DNA of 26,966 nucleotides from Alphaproteobacteria bacterium (GTDB lineage Bacteria; Pseudomonadota; Alphaproteobacteria; CAAHEQ01; UBA3637): NCBI GenBank assembly GCA_017555325.1, contig JAFZGR010000142.1, positions 1 to 26,966 of the forward strand, read 5' to 3'. Shown piece by piece: positions 26,118 to 26,966 of this stretch (position 1 is its first letter; each line of letters starts with the position of its first letter). The notes under the pieces were generated by a model. It saw only the letters and a program-made list of their open reading frames with translations, ran no database searches and was not told where the DNA came from. The position numbers and the translations under genes were made by a program.

Positions 26118-26227
26118 TACATCATTCTCTGAGAATGTGGATAGTGTTCAATGTGATATTATCACGCTTTAACAATTCGGTTAAAGACTATCGGGGACAA
26201 CAAAGAAGACTATAAAAGGAAAGAAAA

Positions 26228-26842
26228 ATGTCAAAAAGATTAAGTTCAAAATTTAAAATTGATCGTCGTTTAGGTGTTAACCTTTGGGGCAAAGCAAAAA
26301 GTCCGGTTGAAAAAAGAAATTATGGTCCGGGTCAACATGGTGCAAATCGTAAAAAACCGACAGATTACGGTATTCAATTGCACGCTAAACAAAAATTAAA
26401 AGGTGTTTATGGTAACGTTTCCGAAAAACAATTACGCAAATATTATGCAGAAGCTGTTCGTCGGAAAGGTGACAGTTCAGAAAACTTAATCGGTATTTTG
26501 GAAACACGGTTGGATTCTATCGTTTACAGAATGAAATTGGTTCCGTCTGTATTTGCAGCACGTCAATTCGTTAACCATGGACATGTTTTAGTAAACGGTA
26601 AAAAAGTAAACATTCCGTCTTATTTAGTTAAAGTTGGTGATGAAATTTCCATCACAAACAAAGCAAAAGATATGGCAATGGTCATTGAAGCATTAGCTGC
26701 AACAGATCGTGAAGTTCCGGAATATATGGAATTTGATGCAAAAGCATGTACGGGTAAATTCATTCGTGTTCCGCAATTGGCTGATGTGCCGTATGCAACA
26801 CAAATGGAACCGAATTTGGTTATCGAATTTTACTCACGGTAA
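26228..26842 (+). CDS. rpsD: 30S ribosomal protein S4
   Basis: [52 protein letters not shown] and IEFYSR. Confidence 0.99.
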   Translation: MSKRLSSKFKIDRRLGVNLWGKAKSPVEKRNYGPGQHGANRKKPTDYGIQLHAKQKLKGVYGNVSEKQLRKYYAEAVRRKGDSSENLIGILETRLDSIVYRMKLVPSVFAARQFVNHGHVLVNGKKVNIPSYLVKVGDEISITNKAKDMAMVIEALAATDREVPEYMEFDAKACTGKFIRVPQLADVPYATQMEPNLVIEFYSR

Positions 26843-26873
26843 TTATAAGAATAATAAAGATTTTAATGTACAG

Positions 26874-26902
26874 AAAAACGTCCGTTTAACGGACGTTTTT
26901 TT
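26874..26902. terminator. Intrinsic terminator (near-perfect palindrome)
   Basis: AAAAACGTCCGTT-T-AACGGACGTTTTT followed by Ts, just after rpsD. Confidence 0.85.
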
Positions 26903-26966
26903 GTGTAGAGAGATTAGCCTGAATTAATTGTTTTGAAATATGACGGTAGAGATAAAAAGGATAGCA

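Overview
AT-rich bacterial chromosomal window. The housekeeping proteins (LepB, RNase III, Era, RecO, Tgt, IHF-beta, AccD, S4) look alphaproteobacterial; a reduced-genome, host-associated lineage is my inference. There are four zones. (1) 1-6254: an orphan ORF, a GtrA-family gene, the minus-strand lepB-rnc-era-recO operon, and divergent tgt plus a DciA/DUF721-family gene. (2) 6266-11662: an accessory mosaic with an MFS transporter, a promoter/structured leader/terminator in front of a decayed HIGH-type nucleotidyltransferase, a CofE-like ligase with a structured leader, a frameshifted HD-like gene, a HdeD/DUF308 protein and a porin. (3) 11868-14161: ihfB, accD and a D-2-hydroxyacid dehydrogenase. 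(4) 14662-25851: an 11 kb block of four unusual genes, followed by rpsD. The four are two possibly paralogous helical orphans (one with a recent internal duplication), a 1992-aa protein joining an intact-looking M48 zinc protease to a degenerate ABC1/UbiB kinase-like domain, and an ankyrin-repeat protein. Zone 4 is the best candidate for an undescribed system (putative effectors), but no secretion machinery lies in the window. I found no tRNA, rRNA, CRISPR array, transposase or integrase. All family calls come from motif recognition by eye, not from database searches.
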